Of a DNA stretch of 64,000 nt, positions 62,910 to 64,000 are shown piece after piece (position 1 is the stretch's first letter; every line of letters starts with the position of its first letter). The stretch lies in NCBI RefSeq assembly GCF_032444005.1, contig NC_091284.1:172112001-172176000 (forward strand), read 5' to 3'. Position numbers and translations under genes: made by a program. A model generated the notes under the pieces. The model was not told where the DNA came from. It was given only the letters and a program-made list of their open reading frames with translations, and made no database searches. This stretch comes from Ranitomeya imitator. Taxonomy: Eukaryota.

Positions 62910-64000
62910 TCTTGAAATATTGTTACAGGTGAACTCCCAGCACAAGAAAATACATAAATTACAGCTAATAGAAACCAGAGAACAGTTACATACATCAAAT
63001 GGCATATTATTCAAATACAGGACAGGGCAAAAGTACATATCATGACACTTCATATTGTATTTCCTGACATCTCTGGATACAAACATGTCAAAAGAATGAA
63101 AGGCACTTGAGTATTCATGAATTGGATTAAATGTTGATGGATTGGCCAGAGAAGTGTGTACAAATTCTGATGTATTGTACTGCCTATGGTTAGTTGGTAC
63201 TCGCTCCTTTTTTATAAAGTATTTTTTGAGTGATAGATTACGTAGATACTTTTTCATACTAATATATAAATTAAATGGTTTTGCTTCTCTGGTTGGGGCG
63301 AACATCAATCCTTTTTGTAGGAGGGAAATTTCATTATCTGTTAATTGGTGAGAGCTCAGGTTATACATTTGTTGAGAATAATTCATTATTCTGTTTGCTT
63401 TCTTTTTGGAGAATTTCCCCCCTCTTTTCCCTCTTTTAGTTTTTGTTTTGAGGGTACGACCCGAAAAAAATCCCGATTGATTTGTTGTTGGGTTAATGCT
63501 CCCCTATTGTTTTTGTATGTTGAGATGGTTCTGTTAGTGTTCCTGTTTGTCGAATTTTGGATATTTCTACCCACATCCCCATTCATTTGTGGGTTTTGAA
63601 CAATGAGGGGTCTATTCGCCACCCCTTAATTTGTCATGGAGGTGTCCTTTCTATTGGTTTTATGTTTACTGGTTGGTGCTGCATTTTTATTCAGTTCGCT
63701 AACTGATTCAGTGTCCTCCACCTGAAATGTTCAAGGCAGATACCTGTTAGTTGACCAAATAGAAGTGTTCACATATTCATTGTATTGTAATGAAGTATTG
63801 GGGGGTCCATCGTTTGGGGTATATGGATACACTGGGGACTTGAGCGCGGCATATAATGCTGGGTTTGAGGAACTTTCCTTGGTTCGACTTGTTTTTTTTC
63901 CTCCTCATGTAACCAGGGATGCCACCGGCTGGGACGTCTCTGGCTCTGCACGTAGCAGCAGTTCTCTCTGCCTATCGCACAACCCCTGGGTGATACACGC

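Larger units (their letters stand above)
59351..63047 (-). mobile_element. Compact Gmr1-like Gypsy LTR element encoding Gag-protease only (non-autonomous)
   Basis: LTRs 59351-60077 and 62138-63047 (TG...CA, ~98% identical by eye). 5-bp TSD CTTCA (59346-59350 and 63048-63052). PBS and PPT present; no RT, RNase H or integrase. Confidence 0.93.
57250..63400 (-). pseudogene. Penelope RT-GIY-YIG ORF, fragmented and split by the LTR insertion
   Basis: The frame rejoins across the insertion (KYNMK|NLKYAPHNLNPQERKAI) once one CTTCA is removed. Several stops and frameshifts elsewhere. Confidence 0.85.
56119..64000 (-). mobile_element. Penelope-like element (RT plus GIY-YIG), degraded, with a 3' pLTR (~56119-56900) and an inverted pLTR segment from ~63895 to the window edge
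   Basis: RPADKGGGIV, LDIKSLYT, LIDDILFIW, FLDLNI, CGACFAC, and GHTKRKLSERMKEH (GIY-YIG region). 63900-64000 (+) matches the reverse complement of 56566-56670. Confidence 0.9.

Overview
This is eukaryotic DNA, inferred to be an anuran/amphibian genome from its repeat families (V-SINE, T2/Kolobok and Harbinger MITEs, CR1, DIRS, Penelope). It is almost entirely nested transposable elements, and I found no recognisable host gene, rRNA, tRNA gene or CRISPR array. Main contents: (1) a 5'-truncated CR1 with an intact RT ORF (7644-9262), plus two more CR1 pieces; (2) two DIRS1-type tyrosine-recombinase retrotransposons with ITRs and ICR (15661-20801 +; 37176-43662 -), both with an intron-like segment in gag; (3) a full-length chromodomain Gypsy (28621-34395 -); (4) a non-coding twin-LTR element (36063-~45290 -) into which the second DIRS inserted; (5) a degenerate Gypsy (48660-51213 +); (6) a Tc1 element (45541-47946); (7) a large degraded Penelope-like element (56119-64000 -) split by a compact Gmr1-like LTR element (59351-63047 -) that encodes only an intact Gag-protease; and (8) many hAT, Harbinger, piggyBac-like, Kolobok and Helitron non-autonomous elements, some with minisatellite or telomere-like arrays. 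Most notable: two unrelated LTR families both show Tf1-like self-priming geometry (the sequence 30 nt downstream of a TATA-like box is complementary to the PBS); the Gag-protease-only LTR element has all its cis signals; and a 476-bp Penelope-type foldback with duplicated hammerhead-like units and a 19-bp TSD sits inside a DIRS RT gene. All family assignments are by motif recognition, not database search.
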